Shown here one piece after another: positions 14,996 to 23,917 of a stretch of DNA of 32,000 nt. The position numbers and the translations under genes are program-made. This stretch comes from Akkermansia muciniphila ATCC BAA-835. GTDB lineage: Bacteria; Verrucomicrobiota; Verrucomicrobiia; Verrucomicrobiales; Akkermansiaceae. The DNA is taken from the NCBI RefSeq assembly GCF_000020225.1, contig NC_010655.1:2340001-2372000 (forward strand), given 5' to 3'. The stretch's first letter is position 1. The number at the start of each line of letters is the position of its first letter. The notes beneath the pieces were generated by a model, which searched no databases, was not told the origin of the DNA, and was given only the letters and a program-made list of their open reading frames with translations.

Positions 14996-15451
14996 TTATT
15001 TGGGATATTCCGTCTCCATGATGTGAGAATAGGCCTCCGCCGTTTCCACAGCCACGGTTTCAATATTCTTCATCAACTGGGCAAACTGGGCTTCCGTGAG
15101 GTCCATGCCTTCCAGAACGAAGGACTGACGGTAATAAACATACCCGCTGTTGGGGTCCAGCTGAAAGGCGCCGGCCGTCTGGTCCGCGTTCAGTTCGCTG
15201 AGGATAATGCTGATTTCCACACGGCGGTTTTCAGGAACCTTGGCGGCAAAAAGCACGTCAATGACCAGCGTCTCCGGACGTTCAATCATGGTGTACAGGA
15301 GGCTCACCGGGGTGAACGTATCACAGGGGACGAATGCGATGCCTGTCTTAATGTTGTGGTCATCAGCGGAAGTAATCCATTCCGTTTCTTCCCCTCTCTT
15401 TCTGAGAACGGTGTACACACGGTCCAAAAGGCTGAGATGCTGGTTTTCCAT
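14996..15451 (-). CDS. YbjN-like (T3SS-chaperone-fold) cytosolic protein
   Basis: 151-aa acidic ORF whose layout resembles the YbjN family (..ETLVIDVLFAAKVPENRRVEISIILSELNADQTAGAFQLDPNSGYVYYRQSF..). It ends 24 nt upstream of the adaptor gene, so the two are probably co-transcribed. Confidence 0.55.
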   Translation of the reverse strand: MENQHLSLLDRVYTVLRKRGEETEWITSADDHNIKTGIAFVPCDTFTPVSLLYTMIERPETLVIDVLFAAKVPENRRVEISIILSELNADQTAGAFQLDPNSGYVYYRQSFVLEGMDLTEAQFAQLMKNIETVAVETAEAYSHIMETEYPK

Positions 15452-15595
15452 ATTGAAAATTGTTTAACAGGGGGTTGCTTGCAAAGGCGCATGCAACGTA
15501 CGCGCCCGTTTACTGAATTCAAGCTTACTGGCATCCTTCTGATTCGTCAAGCTCTCCTGACGTAAAGAAATTGAAAAAACACGTATGCGGACGGC

Positions 15596-15633
15596 ATAAA
15601 AAATACAGACGCCGTCCGAAAGGGCGGCGTCTG
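15596..15633 (-). terminator. Intrinsic terminator of purB
   Basis: CAGACGCCG (15606-15614) pairs with CGGCGTCTG (15625-15633). The inner TCC/GGG pairs close a GAAA tetraloop. On the minus-strand RNA the stem is followed by UAUUUUUUAU (complement of 15596-15605). It lies 48 nt after the purB stop. Confidence 0.8.
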
Positions 15634-15680
15634 GAAAAAACGCGTGCGCCGGGAGTTCCGGCTTCTTTCCGAGGTTCTTT

Positions 15681-17105
15681 TTACAGGATATCCCCGGGCT
15701 GGTAGCCCGCCCCGTCCGGAAACCTGTCCGTCACTTCCTTCACCATGGAGCGGAATGCTTCCACCTGGGCGTCAGCCATGCCCGTAGCGGAGGAATTGGA
15801 ATCAAAAATGCGCTGAAGGTCCGCCCGGTCTATTCCCAGGCGCCCGTCTTCCGCCAGGCGGTCCAGCAAATTGTTTTCCATGATTTTCCCGGCGCGCAGG
15901 TCATTGGAGACAGCCACGGCATGTTCCTTGATCACCTCATGGGCGGTCTCCCGGCCAATGCCGCGCTTGACGGCCTCCATCAGTATGGTGGTTGTCATCA
16001 GGAAAGGCAGGTAGCGGCGCAATTCCGCAGCCACCACGGCCTCATACACGCCCATCTGGTTCAACACGGTCAGGAAGGTTTCAAACAGGCCGTCCGCAGC
16101 GTAAAAGGAATCAGGCATGACTACGCGGCGCACCACGGAGCAGGAAACGTCCCCTTCATTCCACTGATCCCCGGCCAGCCCGGAAATCATCATCAGGAAG
16201 CCTTTCAAAATGACGTGGAAGCCGTTGACGCGCTCGCAGGAGCGGGCGTTCATCTTGTGCGGCATGGCGCTGGAGCCAGTCTGCCCCTTGGCGAACCCCT
16301 CCGTGGCCAGTTCATGGCCGGCCATCAGGCGCAGGGTCTTGGCGAAGGAGGAGCAGCCGGAGGTGAGTTCCACCAGCCCGGAAACCACGGAAAAGTCCAG
16401 AGAACGCGGATATACCTGCCCCACATTCATCCACTTGGCAGGGATGCCCAGGTGGGCGCACACGCGGTCTTCCAGTTCCAGCACGCGGACGGCATCCTGC
16501 CCGAAGAGGGAAAGCTGGTCAAGCTGGGTTCCAACGGCGCCCTTCAGTCCACGCACGCTGTAACGGTCCATGAGGGAAATCCAGGCCCCCAGGCCGTGCA
16601 CGATGTCTTCCCCGAACATGGCGACACGCTTGCCCATGGTTGTGGTCTGCGCGGCTACATTGTGCGTGCGTCCGGCAATGGTCACGTGCTTCCACTGTTC
16701 AGCCAGGGCGCTCATGCGGTTCAACACGGCCACGGCCTTGTCCCGGATGATTTGCATGGACTTCCAAATCTGGAGCTGTTCCACATTTTCCGTCAGGTCC
16801 CGGGAGGTCATTCCCTTATGGATATGCTCGCATCCGGCCAGCTCGCAAAATTCTTCTATGCGCGCCTTCACATCGTGGCGCGTCACGCGTTCGCGTGCGT
16901 CAATGGAGGGAAGGTTCACCTGGTCTTTCACCCGTTCATAGGCCTCAATCACCCCGTCCGGAATATCCAGCCCCAGATCCTTCTGGGCTTTCATCACGGC
17001 AATCCAGAATTCGCGTTCCAGAATGATGCGGCCCTCTGCGGACCAGATGGATTTCATGGCGGCGGAGGCGTACCTTTCAGCCAGGACATTGGGAATCACG
17101 CTCAT
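15681..17105 (-). CDS. purB: Adenylosuccinate lyase
   Basis: The fumarate-lyase signature GSSAMPHKMN is present, and the whole-length pattern fits long-form PurB (VLAERYAS..MKSIWS.., TVLNQMGVY). The track ORF opens at 17198. ATG 17105 (MSVIPNVLAERYAS) gives the canonical 474 aa. Confidence 0.93.
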   Translation of the reverse strand: MSVIPNVLAERYASAAMKSIWSAEGRIILEREFWIAVMKAQKDLGLDIPDGVIEAYERVKDQVNLPSIDARERVTRHDVKARIEEFCELAGCEHIHKGMTSRDLTENVEQLQIWKSMQIIRDKAVAVLNRMSALAEQWKHVTIAGRTHNVAAQTTTMGKRVAMFGEDIVHGLGAWISLMDRYSVRGLKGAVGTQLDQLSLFGQDAVRVLELEDRVCAHLGIPAKWMNVGQVYPRSLDFSVVSGLVELTSGCSSFAKTLRLMAGHELATEGFAKGQTGSSAMPHKMNARSCERVNGFHVILKGFLMMISGLAGDQWNEGDVSCSVVRRVVMPDSFYAADGLFETFLTVLNQMGVYEAVVAAELRRYLPFLMTTTILMEAVKRGIGRETAHEVIKEHAVAVSNDLRAGKIMENNLLDRLAEDGRLGIDRADLQRIFDSNSSATGMADAQVEAFRSMVKEVTDRFPDGAGYQPGDIL

Positions 17106-17358
17106 ATCAAAATGTGTATATGCGGGGGTTATCAAAAACGGTGAGCCGCCATGATCATGACGGAAGGGAAAAAAGCAAGCACTTTCCCGCAGCTTCACGG
17201 ATTAGGGACGCCGGGGAATTCCGCCGGCCGGCAAAGCCTCCCTTCCATGCCCCTGATCCGGCATTGCGCCTCCCCGCCAATAAAAATTTCAAGAACAGGC
17301 AAAAATTCTTATTCCCGAATAACGGAATCGCAACACCTCCGCTTACCGCCATGTTCCC

Positions 17359-18612
17359 TCATTCCCTTGGCGGCGGCTCCAGGCCGTACCGGGCATAACC
17401 GGAGACGATTTCCTGAAGGATGGCGGAAATTTTTTCCAGGGAACGGACGGGGACGTATTCATACTTTCCATGGAAGTTGTGGCCTCCGGCGCACAGGTTG
17501 GGGCACGGCAGCCCCATGAAGGAGAGGTGGGCTCCGTCCGTGCCTCCGCGCACAGGGACGATTTCCGGCCTCACTCCCACGGCTTCCATGGCCCTGCGGG
17601 CATGTTCCACCAGGTGCATGTGCGGAAGTATCTTTTCCTTCATGTTGTAATAGGAATCCGTAATTTCCGCCTTTACCGTCCCCTCCCCGTATTTACGGTT
17701 CAGCAGGGCCGCACATTCCTGCATGAATTCCTTCTTGCGCTCAAAGGCCTCCCTGTCATGATCCCTGATGAGGTACTCCGCAGCCGCCCGTTCCACATCT
17801 CCCCGGAGTGAATCCAAATGATAAAAGCCCTCGTACCCTTCCGTAAAAGCGGGATTCTGGAACGCGGGCAGCATTCCCTGGAATTCCATGAGAACCAGGC
17901 AGGCATTCAACATCCTGCCCTTGGCGCTTCCGGGATGAATGGAAGAGCCCTGCACCGTCACCACTGCGGAAGCCGCATTGAAATTTTCGTATTCAATTTC
18001 CCCCAGGGCGCCTCCGTCCACGGTATAGGCGAAATCCGCACCAAATCGCGCCACGTCAAAGGCATCCGTTCCGCGTCCTATTTCCTCATCCGGCGTGAAG
18101 GCGATCCGTATCTCGCCGTGAGGCCGTTCGGGGTTCAGCAGGAAGGAGGCTGCCATATCCATGATTTCCGCCACACCGGCCTTGTCGTCCGCGCCAAGCA
18201 GGGTAGTTCCATCCGTCACGACCAGGTCCTGGCCCAAATAATCCGTCAGTTCGGGAAAAACGGCGGGGGAAAGCACCATTCCCTGTTCCGGATTGAGCAG
18301 GATGTCTCCGCCGTCGTACGAGCGCACGATGCGGGGCTTCACTCCGCTGCCGGAGACTCCCGGAGCCGTATCCACATGGGCCACCCAGCCGATGACGGGA
18401 ACATTCCCCTCCACGTTGGAAGGGATGGAGGCGTAAACAATTCCGGAATCATCATCCAGTTCCGCCTGCGCTCCCATGTCCTTCAATTCCCCGGCCAACA
18501 GCCGGGCCAGCTCCGTCTGGCCGGGGGTGGATGGCACGGTGGCGGAATCCGCGTCCGACTGAGAGCCCACGGAGACATACTTCAAAAAACGGTCTAAAAC
18601 GGAGATGTTCAT
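17359..18612 (-). CDS. pepT: Peptidase T (tripeptide aminopeptidase, M20B)
   Basis: Collinear with E. coli PepT as I remember it: LDRFLKYVSV.SQSD, TTLLGADDKAGVAEIM, IRIAFTPDEEIGRG, YEGFYHL and RGGTDGAHLSFMGLPCPNL. The track ORF opens at 18669. ATG 18612 (MNISVLDRF) gives 417 aa. Confidence 0.93.
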   Translation of the reverse strand: MNISVLDRFLKYVSVGSQSDADSATVPSTPGQTELARLLAGELKDMGAQAELDDDSGIVYASIPSNVEGNVPVIGWVAHVDTAPGVSGSGVKPRIVRSYDGGDILLNPEQGMVLSPAVFPELTDYLGQDLVVTDGTTLLGADDKAGVAEIMDMAASFLLNPERPHGEIRIAFTPDEEIGRGTDAFDVARFGADFAYTVDGGALGEIEYENFNAASAVVTVQGSSIHPGSAKGRMLNACLVLMEFQGMLPAFQNPAFTEGYEGFYHLDSLRGDVERAAAEYLIRDHDREAFERKKEFMQECAALLNRKYGEGTVKAEITDSYYNMKEKILPHMHLVEHARRAMEAVGVRPEIVPVRGGTDGAHLSFMGLPCPNLCAGGHNFHGKYEYVPVRSLEKISAILQEIVSGYARYGLEPPPRE

Positions 18613-18728
18613 GGGAAAAATCAAGGATTGGCAAGAGTCTACCACCCGCCCCCGCGAACACAAGCACAAGACACGGTTTATTCTTGCGATTCAGGACGGT
18701 GTGCCGTATGTAAACAAAGCTTCTCCCC

Positions 18729-21482
18729 ATGATGACTCCTCTCCCCCTTGGCATTACCCTTGCTTTGTCCCTGACCTGCGGCTCCATGCCCCTTCTGGCC
18801 CAGGGGTCGTATATGCCCGGCCCCATGCCCGCCACCGCCGGGACAAAGCAGGATCCAACGGACATGTACCTGGAGGCGTTGAGGCTGGTGACCCAAGCCG
18901 CAGGACTGGTGGAAAAACGGGATTATATAGGAGCCATCCGCCTGACACAGCAGGCGGAAGACAAGTTCGGACGCCTGGCTAAGTCTTATCCCCAATGGCG
19001 CCCCAACCTGCTGCAAACGCGCCGCCAGCTCAACAGGGAAAATCTGGACCAGTGGCAGAAGCTGGCCCAGCAGCAGGCCGCCGCCTCTTCTTCATCCGGC
19101 CTGGAGCTGGAACGCCCGGCCTCCGTGCCGAAGCGCCCCAGGCCAAAACCCAACATAGCCCTCCCTCCCGGCTACAAGGGCGTGGAATTCCCTACCCGTC
19201 CCGGAGAATCCCTGATCAATACCATCCCGTCCCCTTCCGTTTCTCCCGGGGCGGCTCCGGAAGTGGTGGAGAGCAATTACGAACGCATCCGCAGACTGCT
19301 GGATAAAACCACCATGGAGAACAATGCTCTGATCCAGGCTCTCAAGCGCACCCGCCGGGAGCAGGAGGAGATTCTGGCAAAACTGGCCGTGGCATCCGCC
19401 GGAGAATCCGTTTACCGAGATGAATTGCTCAAGGTCAAAAAGCAGATGGAGGATGAAAGAAAGACCAGCAACAAGCTTATTCAGACTCTCACCAGGAGAG
19501 TGGAGGAACTGGAACAAAATGTCACCTCCCTCAGCCAGGACAAAGCCCGTTATCTGGCGCAGATCGCCGATCTTCAGCTGCAGCTCAAGGAGTACCAGGA
19601 CAAGCTGGACAAAGTGACGGATGAGAAAAACGCCCTTCAGAAAGACCGGGACCAATTGGCGGCCCTGGTGGAGCTCAACAGCCCGGACAAAACAAAAAAC
19701 CTGTTGGACCGCAACCTGACGCTGGCGGCCCAGCTCAAGGATGCCCAGGACAAAATCGCCGCTCTGGAAACAGCCAAATCCGATTCCGAAGAACAGCGGA
19801 AAGCCAACCTGAAAGCGTTGGAAGAGGCGCGTGAGGAATCCGCAGACCTGAAACAGAAACTGATTGCCATCCGGGATGAAAACATCGGCTACCGCAAACG
19901 CATCACAGAGTTGAATACCAAGCTCATCAATGCGGATGTGGAACTGTCCAAGCTGGAGGCCAATCCGGAAAAAAGCCCGCTTCTTCTGGAAGAAAACCAG
20001 CTGCTGCGCTCCACCATCGCCAAGCAGCTCCGCATACTTTCCGTGCAGGACCAGAGCCGCTCCCTGCTCATCAGCACTTATAAGCGGCTGCATCAGGAAA
20101 ATCCGGACACGGCGGAAATAGCCTCCCTGATGGACAATGAAGAAGCCATCAAGCTCACTCCTGCGGAAAAACAAATTGTCAACGCCATTGCCAGGGATAA
20201 CAATATCAATGTTCCCCTGACGGATCAGCAGAAGGAAAAAATCAACAAGCTGGCACAGGCCCTCTCTGCGGAACGCGGCAAGGCCGCCCAGCTTGCTCGG
20301 GATTTGGAACTGGCGCGCAGCCAGATGAAGACCAAAGCGGACAAATCCGCCAGAAACGACAAGAAACAGGCGGAAGCCCTGGCGCGGGCCCAGAAGGCCC
20401 TGGAACAGAAAAACATTCAGGTGGAGGAACTCACCCGGCAGATGGAAGAACTGAAAAGCCGTTCCGCCGAACAGGCCCGCCTGGCCGCCATCTCCGCCGG
20501 AACCATTACTCCGGACCAGGAAAAAGCGCTGAACCGGAGCATGGAAGCCACGGTACGCCGGAAGCTGGAGGCGGAAGCCCTGGGGCAAGGCGCCGCAGAA
20601 GCCTTCGCCAAAAAACGCTATGCCGCCGCAGAACAGCTGTACCGGACTTTGCTGGACTTCCAGCCGGCTCACGTTCCGGCCCTGGTCAATCTGGGGACCA
20701 TTCTGCTTCAGCGCAACAAGGCGGAGGAAGCCATCAAATTTCTGAAAAAAGCCACGGAACTGGACGCCTCCTCCTCCCCCGCATGGTTCATGATGGGGGT
20801 GGCCCAATACCGCGCCGGGGAAGACCACCACGCCATCGCCTCCCTGACGGAAACGGTCAGGCTGGATCCGGCCAACGCTCCCGCCCTGCTTTACCTGGGC
20901 AACCTGGAAACCAGCGCCGGGAACTATGAAAAAGCGGTGGCCCACTTTGAAAACGCCCTGAAAATCCAGCCGGAATCACCGGACGCGCACTTCAACCTGG
21001 CCTGGACCTATTCCCGGCTGGGCCGCACGGCGCAGGCACGCAAAAGCTATGATGCAGCCATCCGCTGCGGAGGCTTGCCGGATTCCGACCTGGAGCTTGC
21101 CATTACCGGAACCACCACCCTTCCCCGCAAAAAACAGGCTGCGGACCAGAATCCCGCCTCCGCCGCAAAAGAGGACGGCCCCCAGCTGGCCGCGGCAATA
21201 AGCGATCCGTCTGCCATTCCCCACGACGCCAATGAAGTGCCTGCTCATGTGGCGGAGGATCCGAATGCGCAGGAAAAGCCGTCCGCCGGTCCCAAACAGG
21301 TCGTCGTCAGCCACCGTCCGGAAACCGAACCCATCTCTCTGGCAGCCCAAATGAGGGAAACTGCCCCTGCGGCGGCATCCGCACAACCTCCGGCAGAAGC
21401 CGCAACTGCCGCAACGGAAACGCCCAAGCCGGAAAAGCAGGAACCTCCGCGCAGGAAAAGCCGTTTCCGAATCGGTTCCTGA
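18729..21482 (+). CDS. Secreted coiled-coil / TPR-repeat protein (917 aa), function unknown
   Basis: Signal peptide MMTPLPLGITLALSLTCGSMPLLAQG. A Pro-rich linker is followed by about 440 aa of heptad-like E/K/Q/L-rich sequence (about nt 19280-20600). TPR repeats follow (about nt 20610-21050; e.g. AEQLYRTLLDFQPAHVPALVNLGTILLQRNKAEEAIKFLKKATELD). The tail is P/A/E-rich and ends in RRKSRFRIGS. Confidence 0.8.
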   Translation: MMTPLPLGITLALSLTCGSMPLLAQGSYMPGPMPATAGTKQDPTDMYLEALRLVTQAAGLVEKRDYIGAIRLTQQAEDKFGRLAKSYPQWRPNLLQTRRQLNRENLDQWQKLAQQQAAASSSSGLELERPASVPKRPRPKPNIALPPGYKGVEFPTRPGESLINTIPSPSVSPGAAPEVVESNYERIRRLLDKTTMENNALIQALKRTRREQEEILAKLAVASAGESVYRDELLKVKKQMEDERKTSNKLIQTLTRRVEELEQNVTSLSQDKARYLAQIADLQLQLKEYQDKLDKVTDEKNALQKDRDQLAALVELNSPDKTKNLLDRNLTLAAQLKDAQDKIAALETAKSDSEEQRKANLKALEEAREESADLKQKLIAIRDENIGYRKRITELNTKLINADVELSKLEANPEKSPLLLEENQLLRSTIAKQLRILSVQDQSRSLLISTYKRLHQENPDTAEIASLMDNEEAIKLTPAEKQIVNAIARDNNINVPLTDQQKEKINKLAQALSAERGKAAQLARDLELARSQMKTKADKSARNDKKQAEALARAQKALEQKNIQVEELTRQMEELKSRSAEQARLAAISAGTITPDQEKALNRSMEATVRRKLEAEALGQGAAEAFAKKRYAAAEQLYRTLLDFQPAHVPALVNLGTILLQRNKAEEAIKFLKKATELDASSSPAWFMMGVAQYRAGEDHHAIASLTETVRLDPANAPALLYLGNLETSAGNYEKAVAHFENALKIQPESPDAHFNLAWTYSRLGRTAQARKSYDAAIRCGGLPDSDLELAITGTTTLPRKKQAADQNPASAAKEDGPQLAAAISDPSAIPHDANEVPAHVAEDPNAQEKPSAGPKQVVVSHRPETEPISLAAQMRETAPAAASAQPPAEAATAATETPKPEKQEPPRRKSRFRIGS

Positions 21483-21514
21483 TGGAATTCTTCCCTTTCC
21501 CACTAAATAAAGCC

Positions 21515-22348
21515 ATGTATCACGTTTCCATTTTAGGACTGGGCCTCATTGGCTCACGGATTGCACGCCATATGGCCGGAATGGGCGACAAGGTCACCGT
21601 CTGGAACAGAACTCCGCGGGAAGATTTTCCGGAAGCGGTTCCTACCCCGGCGGATGCGGCACGCGCTTCCAAAGTTATCCAGCTCTACCTGAAAGACAGG
21701 AATGCCTGTCTGGAAGTGTTTGAACAAATGAGAGGGGCTCTGACACCGGAGCATATCATTCTGAACCATTCAACCATTGACCTGGCGACCGTCGGCAAAC
21801 TCTCCCTGATGAGTTCCGCCATCGGCTGCACGTATGTGGATTGCCCGTTCACCGGCTCCCGTTTGCCCGCGGAAAAAGGGGAACTGGTTTACTACGTTGG
21901 CACGGATTCCACCACACTGGACCGCATACGCCCCGTGCTGGAGCACAGTTCCCGGGACATCCTGCACCTGGGCGGCATCGGAGCCGGCACCGTCGTCAAA
22001 CTGGTCACCAACATGGTCTCCGCCACCATGGTGCAGAGTTTGGGCGAAGCCCTGGCCATCTCCCAGGCGTACGGCATTTCCCCGGAAATGCTGGGCCAGG
22101 CCATTTCCCGGAACGTCATCGCCTCCCCTCTGGCTGCATTTAAACTGCCCCTGATGGCAAAGCGTGACTTTTCCACCCATTTCTCCCTGGACAACATGAG
22201 GAAAGACAGTATTTACGCTCAGGAACTTGCCGCAGAAAAAGGAATCCACCCGCCTGTTGCCGCCCTGGTTTCCTCCATCATGGGGAGGCTGTGCCGGGAA
22301 GGTCGCGCGGAAGAGGATTTCAGCTGTCTGGCGGAACAATTCGACTAA
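21515..22348 (+). CDS. NAD(P)-dependent beta-hydroxyacid dehydrogenase family protein (3-hydroxyisobutyrate / tartronate-semialdehyde reductase-like)
   Basis: Rossmann motif ILGLGLIGSRIA sits at the N-terminus. The family blocks are YVDCPFTGS, GAGTVVKLVTNM and NMRKDS. ATG 21515 gives the canonical N-terminus. An alternative ATG at 21482 overlaps the upstream stop (TGATG). Confidence 0.8.
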   Translation: MYHVSILGLGLIGSRIARHMAGMGDKVTVWNRTPREDFPEAVPTPADAARASKVIQLYLKDRNACLEVFEQMRGALTPEHIILNHSTIDLATVGKLSLMSSAIGCTYVDCPFTGSRLPAEKGELVYYVGTDSTTLDRIRPVLEHSSRDILHLGGIGAGTVVKLVTNMVSATMVQSLGEALAISQAYGISPEMLGQAISRNVIASPLAAFKLPLMAKRDFSTHFSLDNMRKDSIYAQELAAEKGIHPPVAALVSSIMGRLCREGRAEEDFSCLAEQFD

Positions 22349-22360
22349 CTTTTTCCGTTG

Positions 22361-23917
22361 ATGAAATTCAGGGGAACATGCGTCTTTCTGTTGACGGCTC
22401 TTCTTCTGCTCCCTGCCGGCCGGGGACAGGAACGAAAGGAGCCTGGCAATGATTCTTCCGCGGAAGTGCGGCAGACGGAAGAAGAATCAGCATCCGTCCA
22501 GGATGCGGATTTTATTGATGACGCCTCGGACCGTCCAGTATTGCAGGGCAGTTCCAATGTAAACCCCGTCGTTCCCCCTTCACCTTCGGCAAGGACCGCC
22601 GCCGGAGCGGAGGAACAGCCCGCCAAAAGGCAGCCGTTCACCAGCGTTTCCACCTCCAAGCAATTCCACGTCACCGGGATGGACTCCCTGCTGGCCGGGG
22701 CCATCGCCACCCGGGCGGATGCCATACGCACCGCGCTGCTAAAAGTCCTCAAGCAGCCTGACGAATGGAAAAACGGCATCAACATCCGCCTGGTAGGAGA
22801 GCCGGGAAGCCCCGTTCCGGCCAACCCCGTCCGCATGCAAACCGTCATTGTAGGCAATACCCTCTCCTATAGCATTTTCATTCATCTGGGCCACGGCATC
22901 AACCAGGACAGCCTGCGCCGCGCCATCGTCTCCACCCTGCTTTATGAAATGATGCTGCGCACAGTGGACCCGGAAGGCCTGCCGGACAACGTCACGCTGC
23001 CCCCCTGGCTGATTGCCGGGTTGGAACAGGCTGTTCTGTGGCACAATAATGAAGCTGACCGTGCCATGTATTCCACCCTGTTCCAGCAGTCCGGAATTAT
23101 GACTCCGGAAGAAATCCTGAATTGCCGGGAACCGGAAAAGGAACTGGATGCGACCTCTTACGCGGCCTATCAAACTTCCTGTGGAGCCCTGGTGCTTTGC
23201 CTGCTGAACCAGGAAAACGGTCCGGAAGGGATGAAACAGCTTCTGGACCAGGCTATTCTGGGCAATGACGATCCCAGAAACCTCATCAAACGCCATTTTC
23301 CGCAGCTCAGCCTGACCCCCACTTCCCTCCATAAATGGTGGACGCTTCAGCTTTCCCGCATGGCGACGCCTCCCCTGACGGAAACTCTCACGATTACGGA
23401 AACGGAACGTCATCTCCAGGAAGCCCTTACCCTGGTCAAGTATGATCCGGATACCCGCACCACCGTCACATTTCCCCTGGATGACCTGGAACAGGCCCGT
23501 TCCCTGCCGGATCTGAACAGGCAGCTTTCCAACGTGGCTGGCAGCCTGCTCAACCTCAGCAGGCGTTCCTTTCCTTCATACCGGCCCGTCATTGTAGAAT
23601 ATGCCAAGCTGGTGGCCCTGATGCAAACAGGGAAAGTCAACAGCCGGGAAGCCGTCCCCAAAATCAGCCAGCTTCGGGAAATAAGAAACCTTTCCATGAA
23701 AACCGCCCGCCGCGTCCGGGACTATATGGACTGGTATGAAATCAACACGCGGTCCGGAACCGGCAAGACATTCGCTTCCTACGCGGCAGCCGTGAAAATC
23801 CTCCGGGAACAGGAACAGCCGGCCAATACCCCTGTTTCCCGCTACTTGGACGACATTGAAAAACTGTACACCCTCCCGGCCAGGGCTCCCGTGCCCTCCC
23901 TGCATGGGAAGGATTAA
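22361..23917 (+). CDS. Secreted protein of unknown function, possibly a degenerate MA-clan (Peptidase_MA_2-like) pseudo-peptidase
   Basis: Signal peptide MKFRGTCVFLLTALLLLPAG is followed by an acidic/Pro-rich linker and then a globular region. The segment LLYEMMLRT(x14)PPWLIAGLEQA (nt 22937-23032) mimics the HExxH...P-x-W-x-x-EG-x-A layout, but both His and the downstream Glu are replaced. The track start is TTG 22358. ATG 22361 is preferred. Confidence 0.6.
   Translation: MKFRGTCVFLLTALLLLPAGRGQERKEPGNDSSAEVRQTEEESASVQDADFIDDASDRPVLQGSSNVNPVVPPSPSARTAAGAEEQPAKRQPFTSVSTSKQFHVTGMDSLLAGAIATRADAIRTALLKVLKQPDEWKNGINIRLVGEPGSPVPANPVRMQTVIVGNTLSYSIFIHLGHGINQDSLRRAIVSTLLYEMMLRTVDPEGLPDNVTLPPWLIAGLEQAVLWHNNEADRAMYSTLFQQSGIMTPEEILNCREPEKELDATSYAAYQTSCGALVLCLLNQENGPEGMKQLLDQAILGNDDPRNLIKRHFPQLSLTPTSLHKWWTLQLSRMATPPLTETLTITETERHLQEALTLVKYDPDTRTTVTFPLDDLEQARSLPDLNRQLSNVAGSLLNLSRRSFPSYRPVIVEYAKLVALMQTGKVNSREAVPKISQLREIRNLSMKTARRVRDYMDWYEINTRSGTGKTFASYAAAVKILREQEQPANTPVSRYLDDIEKLYTLPARAPVPSLHGKD

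Noticed and set aside
15489-15526. Polylinker-like cluster of 6-bp palindromic restriction sites: GCATGC 15489-15494, CGTACG 15497-15502, and GAATTC immediately followed by AAGCTT at 15515-15526. It suggested possible vector or synthetic DNA.
   Set aside because: The flanking sequence has no similarity to the pUC-type polylinker order that I know. A rough estimate suggests one or two such clusters per 32 kb by chance. The region sits naturally between a terminator and a gene start. I treat it as coincidence.
14027-15565. 512-aa plus-strand ORF spanning the adaptor gene, the YbjN-like gene and the gap between them. Similar long antisense ORFs lie at 10775-11836(-), 11843-12901(-), 15921-17144(+), 17818-18597(+), 19092-20945(-), 25067-26422(-) and 28984-30177(-).
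   Set aside because: Each lies exactly opposite a gene with clear family motifs. Their translations are R/G/F/H/Q-rich low-information sequence with no recognisable motifs. Stop-poor antisense frames are expected in GC-rich, codon-biased genes, and especially opposite E/K/Q/L-rich coiled-coil coding sequence. I treat them as shadow ORFs.
17106-17198. N-terminal extensions of the track ORFs for purB (to 17198), pepT (to 18669), nanA (from 24172), hpt (to 10620), pabA (from 27890) and the OYE gene (from 28441).
   Set aside because: The extensions add non-homologous, often Pro/Arg/Cys-rich residues ahead of canonical family N-termini. Some start at TTG/GTG codons or overlap neighbouring genes. 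The internal ATGs give the lengths expected for each family.
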